A stretch of DNA of 62,197 bases, filler included, from 4 parts of 4 records of this genome joined end to end with filler, not necessarily neighbours in it; one strand, 5' to 3'; positions 10,104 through 20,645 are shown, counted from the whole stretch's first letter. Notes: generated from the letters alone by a model not told the origin. Numbers and translations: made by a program.

Positions 10104-11000
10104 ATGGATCAAAGCCTAAAACATCGCCTGATCGAACGTCTCAAAGACGACATCGACTCCCTGCCGCCCCGGCTTGAGGCGGTCGCCAAGTATGTCATTG
10201 ATCACCCAGCAGATTTCGGCCTAAACCCAATCCGCGAAACCGCGTCCACGATTGGGGTCAGCCCCAATTCGCTTGTCCGGCTCGCGCAGAAAATGGGCTT
10301 TGACAGCTTTGATGCATTCCGCGAACCCTTTCGCGAGGCTTTGGTCACAGATGGCGAACGCGATCTGGGCGAAGACTGGATCAACCGGATGCAGGACGCC
10401 GGTGAAACCGGGGGGTTACAAGCCCGCGCGGCCCGAAATGAGATCAATATTGTCTCCCGCTCTTTGCGTCTGATGACCCCTGAAAAAGTACAAGGGGTCG
10501 TGGACTGTCTGCTGAAAGCAGAACGGCGTTTTGTGACTGCGACGCGCGCCAGCTATGCAGTTGCGTATTATTTCCACTATGTGGGCCGTATGGCCCTGCC
10601 CGATCTTAATCTGATCCCCCGCCATATGGGCAGCGCCGTGGATGAGCTGGTCGAGGGCACCGCCAACGATGTTCTGATTGCAATGACCCTTGCGCCCTAC
10701 AGCGCGGAAACGATTAAGGCGCTGCGGTTTGCTCGTGCGCGTGGCATGAAGATCGTCTTGATCTCAGACTCTGAACTGGTGGCCCCGAATATCGAAGCGG
10801 ATCATGTTTTGACCGTGGCGGCCAATTCGACCCACTATTTTGGCTGTTATGTCGGCGCGATGGCGGTGGTTGAATGCCTGCTCAGCCATCTGGTGGCAGC
10901 GGGGGGCGATCAAATCCGCAAGAAGATCGGGAATTACAACGATGTACGCGAAGAATCCGGCGCGTATTGGAGCCCATCCAAACTGCCGCGCATTCGCTAG
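10104..11000 (+). CDS. MurR/RpiR family transcriptional regulator (HTH plus SIS)
   Basis: VSPNSLVRLAQKMGF HTH and SIS domain; divergent from the GcvT operon; start moved to MDQSLK. Confidence 0.88.
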   Translation: MDQSLKHRLIERLKDDIDSLPPRLEAVAKYVIDHPADFGLNPIRETASTIGVSPNSLVRLAQKMGFDSFDAFREPFREALVTDGERDLGEDWINRMQDAGETGGLQARAARNEINIVSRSLRLMTPEKVQGVVDCLLKAERRFVTATRASYAVAYYFHYVGRMALPDLNLIPRHMGSAVDELVEGTANDVLIAMTLAPYSAETIKALRFARARGMKIVLISDSELVAPNIEADHVLTVAANSTHYFGCYVGAMAVVECLLSHLVAAGGDQIRKKIGNYNDVREESGAYWSPSKLPRIR

Positions 11001-11006
11001 CTGGGC

Positions 11007-11456
11007 TTAGATAACGTCCAACGACACCTTGACCCGATCCATCACCACAGATGTTTTGAACCGGCTGATGTTGGATTCTTCAAAGAAATGGGTCTGCGTG
11101 AACTGTTCGTATTCCTTGATATCTTTGACCGTCAGGATCAGCACAAAATCCGCCTCTCCCGTCGTGTAATAACACTGCTGCACACAGTCCGCCGTCCGAA
11201 TGCGCCGCTTGAACGCATCCAGATGCGCAAGGTTTTCCCGTTCGAGTATCACCTCGACGATGATCATCATCTCACGGCCCACCTTGGCCGGAGACACCAC
11301 CGCGATCTCGCGTTCGATGGCACCGGTTTCGCGTAACTTCTTTAGACGCTTCTGTACCGCTGGCGGGGATAGACCGACGTCCAGACTGATGGATTCAGCC
11401 GTAAGGCGCGCATTGGATTGCACGAGGCGGAGTATCTGAAGATCTTTGTCGTCCAT
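11007..11456 (-). CDS. Lrp/AsnC family transcriptional regulator
   Basis: MDDKDLQILRLVQSNAR...GLSPPAVQKRLKKL and CYYTTGEADF. Confidence 0.92.
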   Translation of the reverse strand: MDDKDLQILRLVQSNARLTAESISLDVGLSPPAVQKRLKKLRETGAIEREIAVVSPAKVGREMMIIVEVILERENLAHLDAFKRRIRTADCVQQCYYTTGEADFVLILTVKDIKEYEQFTQTHFFEESNISRFKTSVVMDRVKVSLDVI

Positions 11457-11522
11457 ACCGTGATGAAATGCCCCTGCTTTGTACGAAACACAATCAATTT
11501 CGTACAGTCTTGCCCAAAACTC

Positions 11523-11535
11523 GATGAAATTCATC
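11523..11535. promoter_or_regulatory. Candidate operator palindrome between lrp and the amidohydrolase operon
   Basis: GATGAA-A-TTCATC, a perfect 6-1-6 inverted repeat in a divergent promoter region. Confidence 0.35.
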
Positions 11536-11581
11536 CCAGCAGATGAATACTCTGGTCGCACCATTGAGACAGGATTCCCGC

Positions 11582-12733
11582 ATGTCCGACTTTGACAGCA
11601 AATTACGCGCACTCCGCCAGACCTTTCACCGCTCGCCAGAGCTTGGGTTTCAGGAACACCAAACCCGTGCCCGCGTCGCCGCACATCTGCGCGACCTCGG
11701 CATAGAGGTGCACGAAGGCGTTGGCGTGGTCGGCATTTTGCGCGCCGGAACAGGCAATCGTGCCATTGGGTTGCGCGCTGACATGGATGCCTTGCCCATT
11801 CACGAGGCCACAGGTCTGGACTATGCGTCCCAAACCGATGGAGTGATGCACGCCTGCGGACATGACGGTCACATGACCATGTTGCTGGGCGCTGCCGAAA
11901 CGCTTGCGAAAAACCCCGATTTCGACGGTACAGTTGTTTTCCTGTTCCAACCCAACGAAGAACACGGTCTGGGTGCCAAAGCGATGATCGATCAGGGCGT
12001 GTTGGAGCAGTTCCCGATGGAAGAGGTCTATGCCATCCACAACCTCCCCGGCGCTCCTACTGGACAGGTGACAACACGGCCCGGACAAATTTGTGCAAGC
12101 GAAAGCCTGTTTGAAATCACAATCACCGGTCAGGGCGGCCATGCCTCGATGCCGCAAGTCGGAGTGGATGCGATCACCGTGGGTGCAGAGCTGGTGCAAG
12201 CGCTGCAAACCATCGTCGCGCGCAAACTGGCGCCCAGTGCCGGGGCTGTTGTTTCAGTGACCGAGTTCCTGACAGACGGGCAGCGCAATGTGTTGCCGGG
12301 TGAGGCCACGCTAAAGGGCGATTGCCGCGCGCGTCTGCCCGAGGATCGTCAACAGATCGAACGCTTTATGCGCCAGATCGCAAACGGCGTTGCAGCCGCA
12401 CATAGCGTTCAGGTGGATGTGCAGTTCCGCACCGAATTCATCGAAACCATCAATGCGGTTGAACCGACAGAGGCCGTGGTCCAAGCCGCCAAGGCGTTGG
12501 ATCTGGAGGTTGACGGCAACCGATCCCCGATGAGCTTTTCCGAAGATTTCGCCCACTTCACCGCCGCCGTTCCGGGTTGCTTTCTGTTGATGGGCAATGG
12601 CGAAACGGGGGCCAACGGACAACCGTTGCACGCCGCCGATTATGATTTCAACGATGCGTTGTTGCCGATTGGCGCGGCGTTCTGGACGCAATTGGTCAAA
12701 GACCGATTGCCCCTGACCAAAGGACAAAACTGA
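11582..12733 (+). CDS. M20D amidohydrolase (hippurate hydrolase/N-acyl-amino acid hydrolase family)
   Basis: PELGFQE, RADMDALP, MHACGHDGH, FQPNEE and SEDF motifs. Confidence 0.9.
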   Translation: MSDFDSKLRALRQTFHRSPELGFQEHQTRARVAAHLRDLGIEVHEGVGVVGILRAGTGNRAIGLRADMDALPIHEATGLDYASQTDGVMHACGHDGHMTMLLGAAETLAKNPDFDGTVVFLFQPNEEHGLGAKAMIDQGVLEQFPMEEVYAIHNLPGAPTGQVTTRPGQICASESLFEITITGQGGHASMPQVGVDAITVGAELVQALQTIVARKLAPSAGAVVSVTEFLTDGQRNVLPGEATLKGDCRARLPEDRQQIERFMRQIANGVAAAHSVQVDVQFRTEFIETINAVEPTEAVVQAAKALDLEVDGNRSPMSFSEDFAHFTAAVPGCFLLMGNGETGANGQPLHAADYDFNDALLPIGAAFWTQLVKDRLPLTKGQN

Positions 12734-13920
12734 TGGATATCTTTGCTACAGCGCCGATGGCGCATGCCACAGGCGCCCGCCACCAAGGGGATGCAGCGCA
12801 ACGCATTCTGAGCCCGGACAATTTTGGACAGGCCATTGGCGAAATCACCCAATGGGATGGCTATGCCCCCACCCCGCTTGTTTCGCTTCCTGCACTGGCC
12901 GCCAAAATCGGCGTCGGCGAAATCCACTACAAACACGAGGGGCCGCGGTTTGGCCTTGGCAGTTTCAAAGCGCTTGGAGGTGCTTACGCCGCCCTGCGCG
13001 TTCTTCAGCGGGAACTGTCCAACCGCCTTGGCAAAGATGTGACCTTGGCCGACATCCGCAATGGCGATTACAGCGATGACTGCGCCAAGATCACCTTGGT
13101 TTCCGCCACTGATGGTAACCATGGTCGGTCGCTCGCTTGGGGCTGCAAACGGTTTGGTGCGCCCTGCCGGATCTATATCCACGCCGAAGTCAGCGAAGGC
13201 CGCGCCCAAGCGATGCGCGAGCTGGGGGCGGACGTCATCCGGATCGAAGGGGATTATGACGATTCAGTCGATCTGGCCCGCGCTGAGGCAGAGCAAAACG
13301 GCTGGTTCGTGGTCTCTGACACATCCTGGCCCGGCTATTCCGAACCACCGCGCGATGTTATGGCGGGATATTCCGTGATGACCCGCGAAGCCTGCGAAGA
13401 ACTGGGCAACGCCCCTACGCATGTCTTCTTACAGGGTGGCGTTGGTGGTTTGGCGGCCTCTGTCGCGGCGAAACTGCGTCAGTATTGGGGGGATCAATCC
13501 CCGCGCGTGGTGATCGTCGAGCCTGACATGGCCGCGTGCCTCTATGAGAGTGCCCGCAAGGATGCGCCAACGGCTGTGAACATCGAAGTCGAAACCATCA
13601 TGGCGGGCCTGTCGTGCGGTGAACCCTCGGAAATGGCGTGGGACATCCTGCGCGAAGAAGCCGCCGATTACGTCACAATCCCTGACAGTGTCGTTGGTCC
13701 AACAATGCGCTTGTTGGCCCGTCCGTTGGGCAGTGATCCGGTGGTCGAAGCCGGTGAAAGCGCGGTTGCGGGACTGGCCGCGCTGATCGCGGCGCAAGCA
13801 GGCACAACCGGCGCGACACTGGGTTTGGATAGCAATTCGCGCGTGTTGCTCATCGGATCCGAAGGCATCACAGATCCGGAAATCTTTGCAGCCGTCATGG
13901 CGGAGGACAGCAATGTCTGA
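12733..13920 (+). CDS. Diaminopropionate ammonia-lyase family PLP enzyme
   Basis: RFGLGSFKALGG, ATDGNHGR, SDTSWPGY, QGGVGG, TIMAGLSCGEP and GESAVAG motifs. Confidence 0.87.
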   Translation: MDIFATAPMAHATGARHQGDAAQRILSPDNFGQAIGEITQWDGYAPTPLVSLPALAAKIGVGEIHYKHEGPRFGLGSFKALGGAYAALRVLQRELSNRLGKDVTLADIRNGDYSDDCAKITLVSATDGNHGRSLAWGCKRFGAPCRIYIHAEVSEGRAQAMRELGADVIRIEGDYDDSVDLARAEAEQNGWFVVSDTSWPGYSEPPRDVMAGYSVMTREACEELGNAPTHVFLQGGVGGLAASVAAKLRQYWGDQSPRVVIVEPDMAACLYESARKDAPTAVNIEVETIMAGLSCGEPSEMAWDILREEAADYVTIPDSVVGPTMRLLARPLGSDPVVEAGESAVAGLAALIAAQAGTTGATLGLDSNSRVLLIGSEGITDPEIFAAVMAEDSNV

Positions 13921-15079
13921 CGCCCCTGTTCGCGGATTTGCTGACGCTGAATTCGAAACACGCACGGCCAAAGCCCAAGCCTTGATGGCGCAACAGGGCT
14001 TGGCTGGTCTGTTGCTGTTGACCGAACCCGAAGTCCGCTATTTCAGCGGATTTCACACGCTGTTCTGGCAAAGCCCGACACGCCCTTGGTTCTTGTTTGT
14101 GCCCGCATCCGGCAAGCCCATCGCCATCATTCCTGAAATTGGCGCCGCCCTGATGCGGCAAACTTGGCTGGATGATATTCGCACGTGGAGCGCGCCTGCG
14201 CCTGAAGATGACGGGATTTCGTTGTTGCTCGAAATCCTGACCCCGTTGTCAAACAGAGGCGCGCGGGTTGGTGTGATGAAGGGGCATGAGACCGCGCTCA
14301 GGATGCCGTTGGGCGATTACGAACGCCTGATGGCAGCACTACCGGGGTTGGATATCGCGGATGCCACGCCGCTGGTGCGATCCCTGCGCATGGTCAAATC
14401 GACAGCTGAAATCGAAAAGCTTGCCCATATCTGTGACATTGGTTCGCGCAGCTTTGCCGCTGTGCCCAGTTTTGTCAGCCAAGGCCAACCGTTTGAGGAC
14501 GTATTCCGGGCATTCCGACGCGAAGCGCTGGCTTTAGGGGCGGATGACGTGCCCTATCTGGTGGGGGGGGCAGACCAAGGCGGCTATCACGATGTGATTT
14601 CGCCGCCCTCTCGTCGTCCCTTGCAATCCGGCGACATTTTGATGCTGGACACTGGCGCGACATTTGACGGGTATTTTTGCGATTTTGATCGCAACTGGGC
14701 CATTGGTCAGGCGGACGATCAATCCAAACGGGCCTATGATGTGCTTTGGCGCGCGACCGAGGCCGGGATGGACGCCGCCCGACCCGGCGCAACCTGTCGG
14801 GATCTCTTTACGGCGATGCAGACCGTGATTGCCGAGTTGGATGATCAGGGTGGTGATGTTGGGCGTTTGGGTCATGGGTTGGGGATGCAACTGACCGAAT
14901 GGCCATCACATGCGGCCTTTGATGAAACAGTTCTGCAAGAGAACATGGTGCTGACGCTGGAACCCTCGCTTAGTTATGGGGATGGCCGTATTATGGTTCA
15001 TGAGGAAAACATTGTCGTGACCGATGGGGTGCCCCGCCTTCTTAGCACCCGTGCGGCGCGCGAATTACCGATACTCTGA
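13913..15079 (+). CDS. M24 (Xaa-Pro peptidase/creatinase-fold) hydrolase
   Basis: Creatinase N-domain; DTGA..DGYFCD, GHGLG, TLEP and HEEN metal ligands. Confidence 0.85.
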   Translation: MSDAPVRGFADAEFETRTAKAQALMAQQGLAGLLLLTEPEVRYFSGFHTLFWQSPTRPWFLFVPASGKPIAIIPEIGAALMRQTWLDDIRTWSAPAPEDDGISLLLEILTPLSNRGARVGVMKGHETALRMPLGDYERLMAALPGLDIADATPLVRSLRMVKSTAEIEKLAHICDIGSRSFAAVPSFVSQGQPFEDVFRAFRREALALGADDVPYLVGGADQGGYHDVISPPSRRPLQSGDILMLDTGATFDGYFCDFDRNWAIGQADDQSKRAYDVLWRATEAGMDAARPGATCRDLFTAMQTVIAELDDQGGDVGRLGHGLGMQLTEWPSHAAFDETVLQENMVLTLEPSLSYGDGRIMVHEENIVVTDGVPRLLSTRAARELPIL

Positions 15080-15086
15080 GGGACAC

Positions 15087-15842
15087 ATGAAACTCGACTT
15101 TGCGACGGATGATGGGATTGGAACGCGGGCGACCTTGGGTGTTGTCGTGCTGGAAACCGATGAATCGCTTGAACCTGAATTCTCGCGGATGATGGATTTG
15201 GATGGGGTGGCGCTGTATCATTCGCGCATCCCGATGGTGACGGAAATCCGCCCCGACACGCTGATCAAGATGGAGCAGGATTTACCGGCCTCTGCGCAAC
15301 TGTTGCCAGCCGCGTTGAACTTTGACGCGATTGGCTATGGGTGCACATCCGCATCGACCGTGATCGGCTCGGATGGGGTGGAACGGGCCATTCAGACCGT
15401 AAAGCCCGGCGTTCCTGTCACCGACCCGCTACGGGCTACGATTGCCGCGTGTCGGGCTTTGGGCGCGACAAAGTTGGGTTTCATAACCCCGTATCTGCCC
15501 GAAGTTTCGGGCATGATGCGCGGGAAGTTGGAACAGGCCGGGATGTCCATTGCGGCCTTTGGCTCGTTCGAAGAAAGCGATGATCGCGTGGTCGCGCGGA
15601 TCACAGAAAGCACGATTTCAGCGGCGATTGACAAGATTGCGAATGAGGCGCCTTGCGATGCGATCTTTGTCAGCTGCACCAACTTGCGTTGCCTTAACAT
15701 CATCGCAGAGGCCGAATCCCGCACCGGCGTTCCGGTGGTATCCAGCAACCAAGCACTGGCGTGGCACATGCTTCGCTTGGCCGGGGTTAAGGCCGAAAAC
15801 CCCGCCTTTGGTCAGCTTTTCACGCGGCAAATAGCACAATAA
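15087..15842 (+). CDS. Maleate isomerase/Asp-Glu racemase family protein (EutA-like)
   Basis: Two-Cys dyad GYGCTS and SCTNL; TPY and SSNQALAW motifs. Confidence 0.87.
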   Translation: MKLDFATDDGIGTRATLGVVVLETDESLEPEFSRMMDLDGVALYHSRIPMVTEIRPDTLIKMEQDLPASAQLLPAALNFDAIGYGCTSASTVIGSDGVERAIQTVKPGVPVTDPLRATIAACRALGATKLGFITPYLPEVSGMMRGKLEQAGMSIAAFGSFEESDDRVVARITESTISAAIDKIANEAPCDAIFVSCTNLRCLNIIAEAESRTGVPVVSSNQALAWHMLRLAGVKAENPAFGQLFTRQIAQ

Positions 15843-15867
15843 CCCTATCTCATGGGGCTAGACCCTA

Positions 15868-15892
15868 ACGCCGTCCCTATTTGGGGCGGCGT
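15868..15892 (+). terminator. Hairpin after the catabolic operon, possible terminator
   Basis: ACGCCGTCCC-tattt-GGGGCGGCGT; weak U-tract. Confidence 0.45.
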
Positions 15893-15931
15893 CTTGCCGC
15901 GTGGGGCATTCTCTCTTGAGGTTTTTACGCC

Positions 15932-15941
15932 TTATCTATAA
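15932..15941. promoter_or_regulatory. BioR binding box 1
   Basis: TTATCTATAA matches the BioR consensus TTATMKATAA, upstream of bioB. Confidence 0.85.
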
Positions 15942-15972
15942 TCACCTCCATCAAGCAGAGCGCAGCTCATTT

Positions 15973-15982
15973 TTATCTATAA
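15973..15982. promoter_or_regulatory. BioR binding box 2
   Basis: Second identical TTATCTATAA, just upstream of the bioB RBS (GGAGG). Confidence 0.85.
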
Positions 15983-16002
15983 TTCCCAATGGAGGAATAC
16001 CG

Positions 16003-16980
16003 ATGCTCGACAACCAGACCATTCGTACGGACTGGAGCCGCGCCGAGGCGGAAGAAATCTACAACAAACCCCTGATGGATTTGTTGTTTGAGGCACAAAC
16101 CGTGCATCGGGAAAACTTCGATCCAAATCAGGTCCAGCGCTCCAAGCTGTTGTCGATCAAAACCGGTGGCTGCGCCGAGGATTGCGCCTATTGCAGCCAG
16201 TCTGCGCGCAACGGATCCAAGCTGTCGGCCTCTAAACTGATCGAAGTCGAGCAAGTTCTGGCACAAGCACGCAAAGCCAAAGAAGGCGGCGCAACGCGGT
16301 ATTGCATGGGCGCGGCATGGCGGTCCCCCAAAGAGCGCGACATGCCAATGCTTGAGGCGATGGTGCAAGGCGTCAAGGACATGGGTATGGAAACCTGCAT
16401 GACATTGGGCATGCTAGAGGACGATCAGGTGTTCCGCCTGCGCGATGCGGGTTTGGATTACTACAACCACAACATCGACACCTCGGAACGGTACTATTCC
16501 GAAATCATCACCACACGCACCTTTGCAGACCGCATCGAAACGCTGAACCGCGTGCGCGAAGCAGGCATGAAGGTCTGCGCAGGTGGCATTGTCGGCATGG
16601 GCGAGCAGAAAATGGACCGCATCGACATGTTGCTGGCCTTGGCCACCCTGCCCGAGCACCCGGATTCAGTTCCGGTCAACATGCTGATCCCAATCGCAGA
16701 CACGCCGCTGGCCGATGTTAAACCGCTGGACCCGATCGAATTTGTACGCACCGTTGCTTTGGCCCGTATCCTGATGCCAAAATCGCATGTGCGTCTGTCC
16801 GCCGGTCGCACCGACATGAGCGACGAAATGCAGGCTATGTGTATCTTTGCCGGGGCCAATTCGATCTTTGTGGGCGACACCTTGCTGACCGCCGACAACC
16901 CCGAAGAAGACAAAGACAGCGTGCTGTTTGACAAACTTGGCCTGACAGCCATGGCCGTGGGATGTGACGGCTCAAGATGA
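16003..16980 (+). CDS. bioB: Biotin synthase (radical SAM)
   Basis: [16 protein letters not shown] and RLSAGR motifs; GGAGG RBS before ATG 16003. Confidence 0.97.
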   Translation: MLDNQTIRTDWSRAEAEEIYNKPLMDLLFEAQTVHRENFDPNQVQRSKLLSIKTGGCAEDCAYCSQSARNGSKLSASKLIEVEQVLAQARKAKEGGATRYCMGAAWRSPKERDMPMLEAMVQGVKDMGMETCMTLGMLEDDQVFRLRDAGLDYYNHNIDTSERYYSEIITTRTFADRIETLNRVREAGMKVCAGGIVGMGEQKMDRIDMLLALATLPEHPDSVPVNMLIPIADTPLADVKPLDPIEFVRTVALARILMPKSHVRLSAGRTDMSDEMQAMCIFAGANSIFVGDTLLTADNPEEDKDSVLFDKLGLTAMAVGCDGSR

Positions 16981-18116
16981 CGCTGTTTGCGCGGCACGAA
17001 ACAGCGCTCAGGTCGCTGGAAACGCGAGGGCGTTACCGGCAACTGATCCCGCGTGCCGGGCATGATTTTGCATCAAACGACTATCTCGGGCTGGCGGAAT
17101 CTGACGTCTTGCAGGCCGCCGCCCGATCCGCACTGGACCGGGGTGTTCCGGTTGGTGCAGGCGGGTCGCGGCTGTTGCGCGGCAATCAAGATGAACATTG
17201 CCTGTTAGAACAAGAGGCCGCGACGTTCTTTGACACAGAGGCCGCACTGTTTGTTGGCGGTGGATTTGTCGCCAACACCGCGATCTTTTCGACCCTGCCT
17301 GCGCAGGGCGATCTGGTGTTGTATGACGCATTAATCCACGCCAGCACGCATGACGGTATGCGTTTAGGCCGGGCGGACACGATGGCCTTTGCCCACAACG
17401 ATGTCACCGACGCAGCTGAGCGTATTCGGCACTGGCGCGAGGCGGGCAATACCGGACAGATCTGGTTGGCTTGCGAAAGCCTGTATTCGATGGACGGCGA
17501 TCTGGCACCGATTGACGATCTAGCCACTCTGGCCGCTGAGACAGATGCCGTCCTAGTCATAGACGAAGCCCACGCCACAGGTGTTTTCGGCGATTTGGGC
17601 CGCGGTGTGAGCCACAGCTATGCGAGCCGGGCAAATACCCTGACACTGCACACCTGCGGCAAGGGATTGGGTGTATCTGGTGCGCTGATCTGTGGTGCGC
17701 AGGTTCTGATCGATACGTTAATCAATCGCGCGCGGGGGTTTGTCTTTGCAACCGCCCCGTCGCCGCTGAATGCCGCGCTTGTGCGTGCAGCCCTGACCGA
17801 ATTGCGCACAAATCCCGCACGTCAACAGCGAGCCCGGGCCCTGATCGCACATGCGCATGCGCAGGCCGAGCACCACTGTGGCTTGTTCGGGTTTCAAAGC
17901 CAGATTATGCCGGTGATCATTGGCAAAGACAAACCCACGATGGCGCTGGCGGCCCATATGCAAGGGCTGGGCTATGACATTCGTGGCATTCGTCCACCGA
18001 CGGTCCCACGCAACACGGCGCGTTTGCGGATCTCGATCACTCTCAACACCTCTGCCGATGTGGTCACGCAGATGATGCATGACCTGAGCCTGGCGATGAA
18101 AGAGCACAGCCAATGA
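16977..18116 (+). CDS. bioF: 8-amino-7-oxononanoate synthase
   Basis: [23 protein letters not shown] and IRPPTVP motifs. Confidence 0.95.
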   Translation: MTLFARHETALRSLETRGRYRQLIPRAGHDFASNDYLGLAESDVLQAAARSALDRGVPVGAGGSRLLRGNQDEHCLLEQEAATFFDTEAALFVGGGFVANTAIFSTLPAQGDLVLYDALIHASTHDGMRLGRADTMAFAHNDVTDAAERIRHWREAGNTGQIWLACESLYSMDGDLAPIDDLATLAAETDAVLVIDEAHATGVFGDLGRGVSHSYASRANTLTLHTCGKGLGVSGALICGAQVLIDTLINRARGFVFATAPSPLNAALVRAALTELRTNPARQQRARALIAHAHAQAEHHCGLFGFQSQIMPVIIGKDKPTMALAAHMQGLGYDIRGIRPPTVPRNTARLRISITLNTSADVVTQMMHDLSLAMKEHSQ

Positions 18117-18742
18117 CCCAACCCATTGTTGTAACCGGGACAGATACCGAAATCGGGAAAACCGTGTTTTCTGCGGGTCTGACGCTTGCGTTGAACGCAA
18201 CCTATTGGAAACCCATCCAGTCCGGGATCGAAGAGCAGACCGACAGCCAGATCATCGCGTCTTTGACAGGCTGCCCGACGCTGCCCGAGGCACATCTGTT
18301 GCAATTGCCGGCCTCGCCGCATTTGTCGGCCGAGGCCGAAGGTGCGCATATTGGTTTGAACGACCTGACCATCCCGGCGATTGACGGTCCGCTGGTGATC
18401 GAAGGGGCTGGCGGCGTCATGGTCCCCCTGAACCGGGAAGAGCTGTTTCTGGATGCCTTTGCCCATTGGGGGGCACCGGTGATCCTGTGTGCCCGCACAC
18501 AATTGGGCACGATCAACCATACCCTGATGTCTTTGCTGGCCTTGCGTCAGGCACGATGCGCGATCGTTGGCGTGGCCTTTATCGGGGATGCCGTGCCCGA
18601 GGTTGAACAGACAATTTGTGACTTTGCCGATGTTGCGCATCTGGGTCGCCTGCCCCGCCTACCCGCCTTGAACGCAGACACGTTGAGCGAGGCCTTTAAA
18701 GCCATCGACATGAAAACCATCACCGGAGCCCTGGCCAAATGA
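18113..18742 (+). CDS. bioD: Dethiobiotin synthetase
   Basis: GTDTEIGKT, KPIQSG, EGAGG and LGTINHT motifs. Confidence 0.96.
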   Translation: MTQPIVVTGTDTEIGKTVFSAGLTLALNATYWKPIQSGIEEQTDSQIIASLTGCPTLPEAHLLQLPASPHLSAEAEGAHIGLNDLTIPAIDGPLVIEGAGGVMVPLNREELFLDAFAHWGAPVILCARTQLGTINHTLMSLLALRQARCAIVGVAFIGDAVPEVEQTICDFADVAHLGRLPRLPALNADTLSEAFKAIDMKTITGALAK

Positions 18743-20022
18743 CACCTCTGGAATTCGACCAAAAGCACCTTTGGCATCCCTATACCAATGTGGAAAACCC
18801 CGGACCCACCTTTGTGGTCAAGGAAACCGAGGGCATGCACATCACATTGGATGATGGCACCCGATTGATCGACGCCATGTCATCGTGGTGGTGCATGATG
18901 CATGGCCACCGACACCCCAAGATTACGCAGGCCATTCACGATCAACTGGACCGAATGCCCCATGTGATGTTTGGCGGCCTGACCCACGATCCCGCGATTG
19001 AGCTTGGCAAAGCACTGCTGCGTGTCGCGCCCCCGTCAATGCAACGCATTTTCTACTGTGACAGTGGATCGGTCTCTGTCGAGGTTGCGATGAAAATGGC
19101 GGTTCAATATCAGCACGCCAAAGGGTTTCCGGGACGGTCCCACTTTGCCACCATCCGCTCGGGCTATCACGGGGATACGTGGAAGGCGATGAGCGTCTGT
19201 GACCCGACAACAGGAATGCATCACCTGTTTCAAGGCGCGCTGAGTGTGCAGCACTTTGTTGATCGCCCCCCGATCCGCATTACCGAGCTGTGGAACGACG
19301 ATCCGGCGTTGAACGGGTTGGGTGACTTGCGCGCCCTGATCGAGGCCAATCACCGCGAGATCGCGGCCTTTATCCTTGAGCCCGTCGTGCAGGGCACCGG
19401 CGGTATGTACTTCTATCACCCGGAATACCTGAACCAAGCGCGCGCAATTTGTGATGAGTTCGGCGTCTTGCTGATCTTTGATGAAATCGCGACTGGGTTT
19501 GGCCGAACTGGCAAAATGTTTGCCACTGATTTCTGCACAATCGAACCTGATATCCTGTGTCTGGGCAAGGCGTTGACCGGCGGACATATCAGTTTTGCCA
19601 CCACCATGACCAATGATCGCGTGGCTGAGGGCATTGGCAACGGGGAACCCGGCATCTTTATGCATGGCCCCACATTCATGGCCAATCCGCTGGCTTGCGC
19701 CGCCGCCCGCGCCAGCCTTGAGGTGCTAGAGGCACAGGATTGGCACGGTACAGTGAATGCCATCGCCAGACAGATGACGCAGGAACTGGCCCCTGCCCGC
19801 GATCTGCCAAACGTGGCAGATGTGCGTGTGCTGGGCGCAATTGGTGTCATTGAGATGAAACATCGGGTCAGCGCCGATGAGGCCCACGCCTTGGCCCGCG
19901 AAATGGGCGTTTTCCTGCGCCCGTTTGGCACCAACATCTACACAATGCCTCCGTTCATTGCGTCGCCTGATGAGGTTTCAAAAATTTGCACTGGCATGTT
20001 GCATCTGGCTCAGGTGCTCTGA
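18739..20022 (+). CDS. bioA: Adenosylmethionine--8-amino-7-oxononanoate transaminase
   Basis: WHPY, MSSWW, DEIATGFGRTG, GKALTGG and HGPTFMANPLAC motifs. Confidence 0.96.
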   Translation: MTPLEFDQKHLWHPYTNVENPGPTFVVKETEGMHITLDDGTRLIDAMSSWWCMMHGHRHPKITQAIHDQLDRMPHVMFGGLTHDPAIELGKALLRVAPPSMQRIFYCDSGSVSVEVAMKMAVQYQHAKGFPGRSHFATIRSGYHGDTWKAMSVCDPTTGMHHLFQGALSVQHFVDRPPIRITELWNDDPALNGLGDLRALIEANHREIAAFILEPVVQGTGGMYFYHPEYLNQARAICDEFGVLLIFDEIATGFGRTGKMFATDFCTIEPDILCLGKALTGGHISFATTMTNDRVAEGIGNGEPGIFMHGPTFMANPLACAAARASLEVLEAQDWHGTVNAIARQMTQELAPARDLPNVADVRVLGAIGVIEMKHRVSADEAHALAREMGVFLRPFGTNIYTMPPFIASPDEVSKICTGMLHLAQVL

Positions 20023-20645
20023 TGCAGTGGCGTTGGGTGCAACACACAGGGGCCAACGATTTAATCGTGGTCTTTGGCGGGTGGGCGTTGGGGCCTGCAC
20101 CGTTTGCGCACCTGACCGGGCCATATGACGTTGTATTGGCAGACGATTACAGCGACCTGAACCAAGAGTTACCGGATATCAGCGCCTATCACTCTGTCAC
20201 GCTGATCGCCTTTTCGTTTGGGGTAGCGGCCTATGGGCATTGGCAGCAGGTCCAACCGGATCCGTTCATCAAAAAGGTAGCGATTAACGGCACCTTTTTC
20301 CCCATCGACAGACGTTGCGGAATTGCGCCAGTTGTCATGCAGCGGACAATCGAAACGCTGATCCATGAGGCGTTTCAGGTCTTTCTTGAGCGATGCTATA
20401 ACGCGCGCCAAAGCGACACGCCAATCGACTTGCAGGCCCGCAAACAAGAATTGCGCGCGGTTCAGGCCCGGGGCACCGCGCCCGCGGTGTCATTTGACCG
20501 TGTGTGGATCAGTGACCAAGATCGCATTTTTCTGTCGGCCAATCAAAAGCGCGCCTGGGCTGATCAAGTTGAACGCGTTCAGCACATTGATGCCCCTCAT
20601 GTCCCGTTTAAGCGTTGGTCAACATGGGCTGAGGTGCTGGCATGA
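20022..20645 (+). CDS. bioG: Pimeloyl-ACP methyl ester esterase, BioG/DUF452 family
   Basis: LIVVFGGW, AFSFGV (catalytic Ser), AINGT, DRIF and HVPF motifs; lies between bioA and bioC with a TGATG overlap. Confidence 0.82.
   Translation: MQWRWVQHTGANDLIVVFGGWALGPAPFAHLTGPYDVVLADDYSDLNQELPDISAYHSVTLIAFSFGVAAYGHWQQVQPDPFIKKVAINGTFFPIDRRCGIAPVVMQRTIETLIHEAFQVFLERCYNARQSDTPIDLQARKQELRAVQARGTAPAVSFDRVWISDQDRIFLSANQKRAWADQVERVQHIDAPHVPFKRWSTWAEVLA

Noticed and set aside
13913-15079. Possible DMSP lyase DddP or ectoine hydrolase DoeA/EutD
   Set aside because: Only the shared M24 fold is evident; no acrylate genes are nearby and the sequence is not recognisably either enzyme
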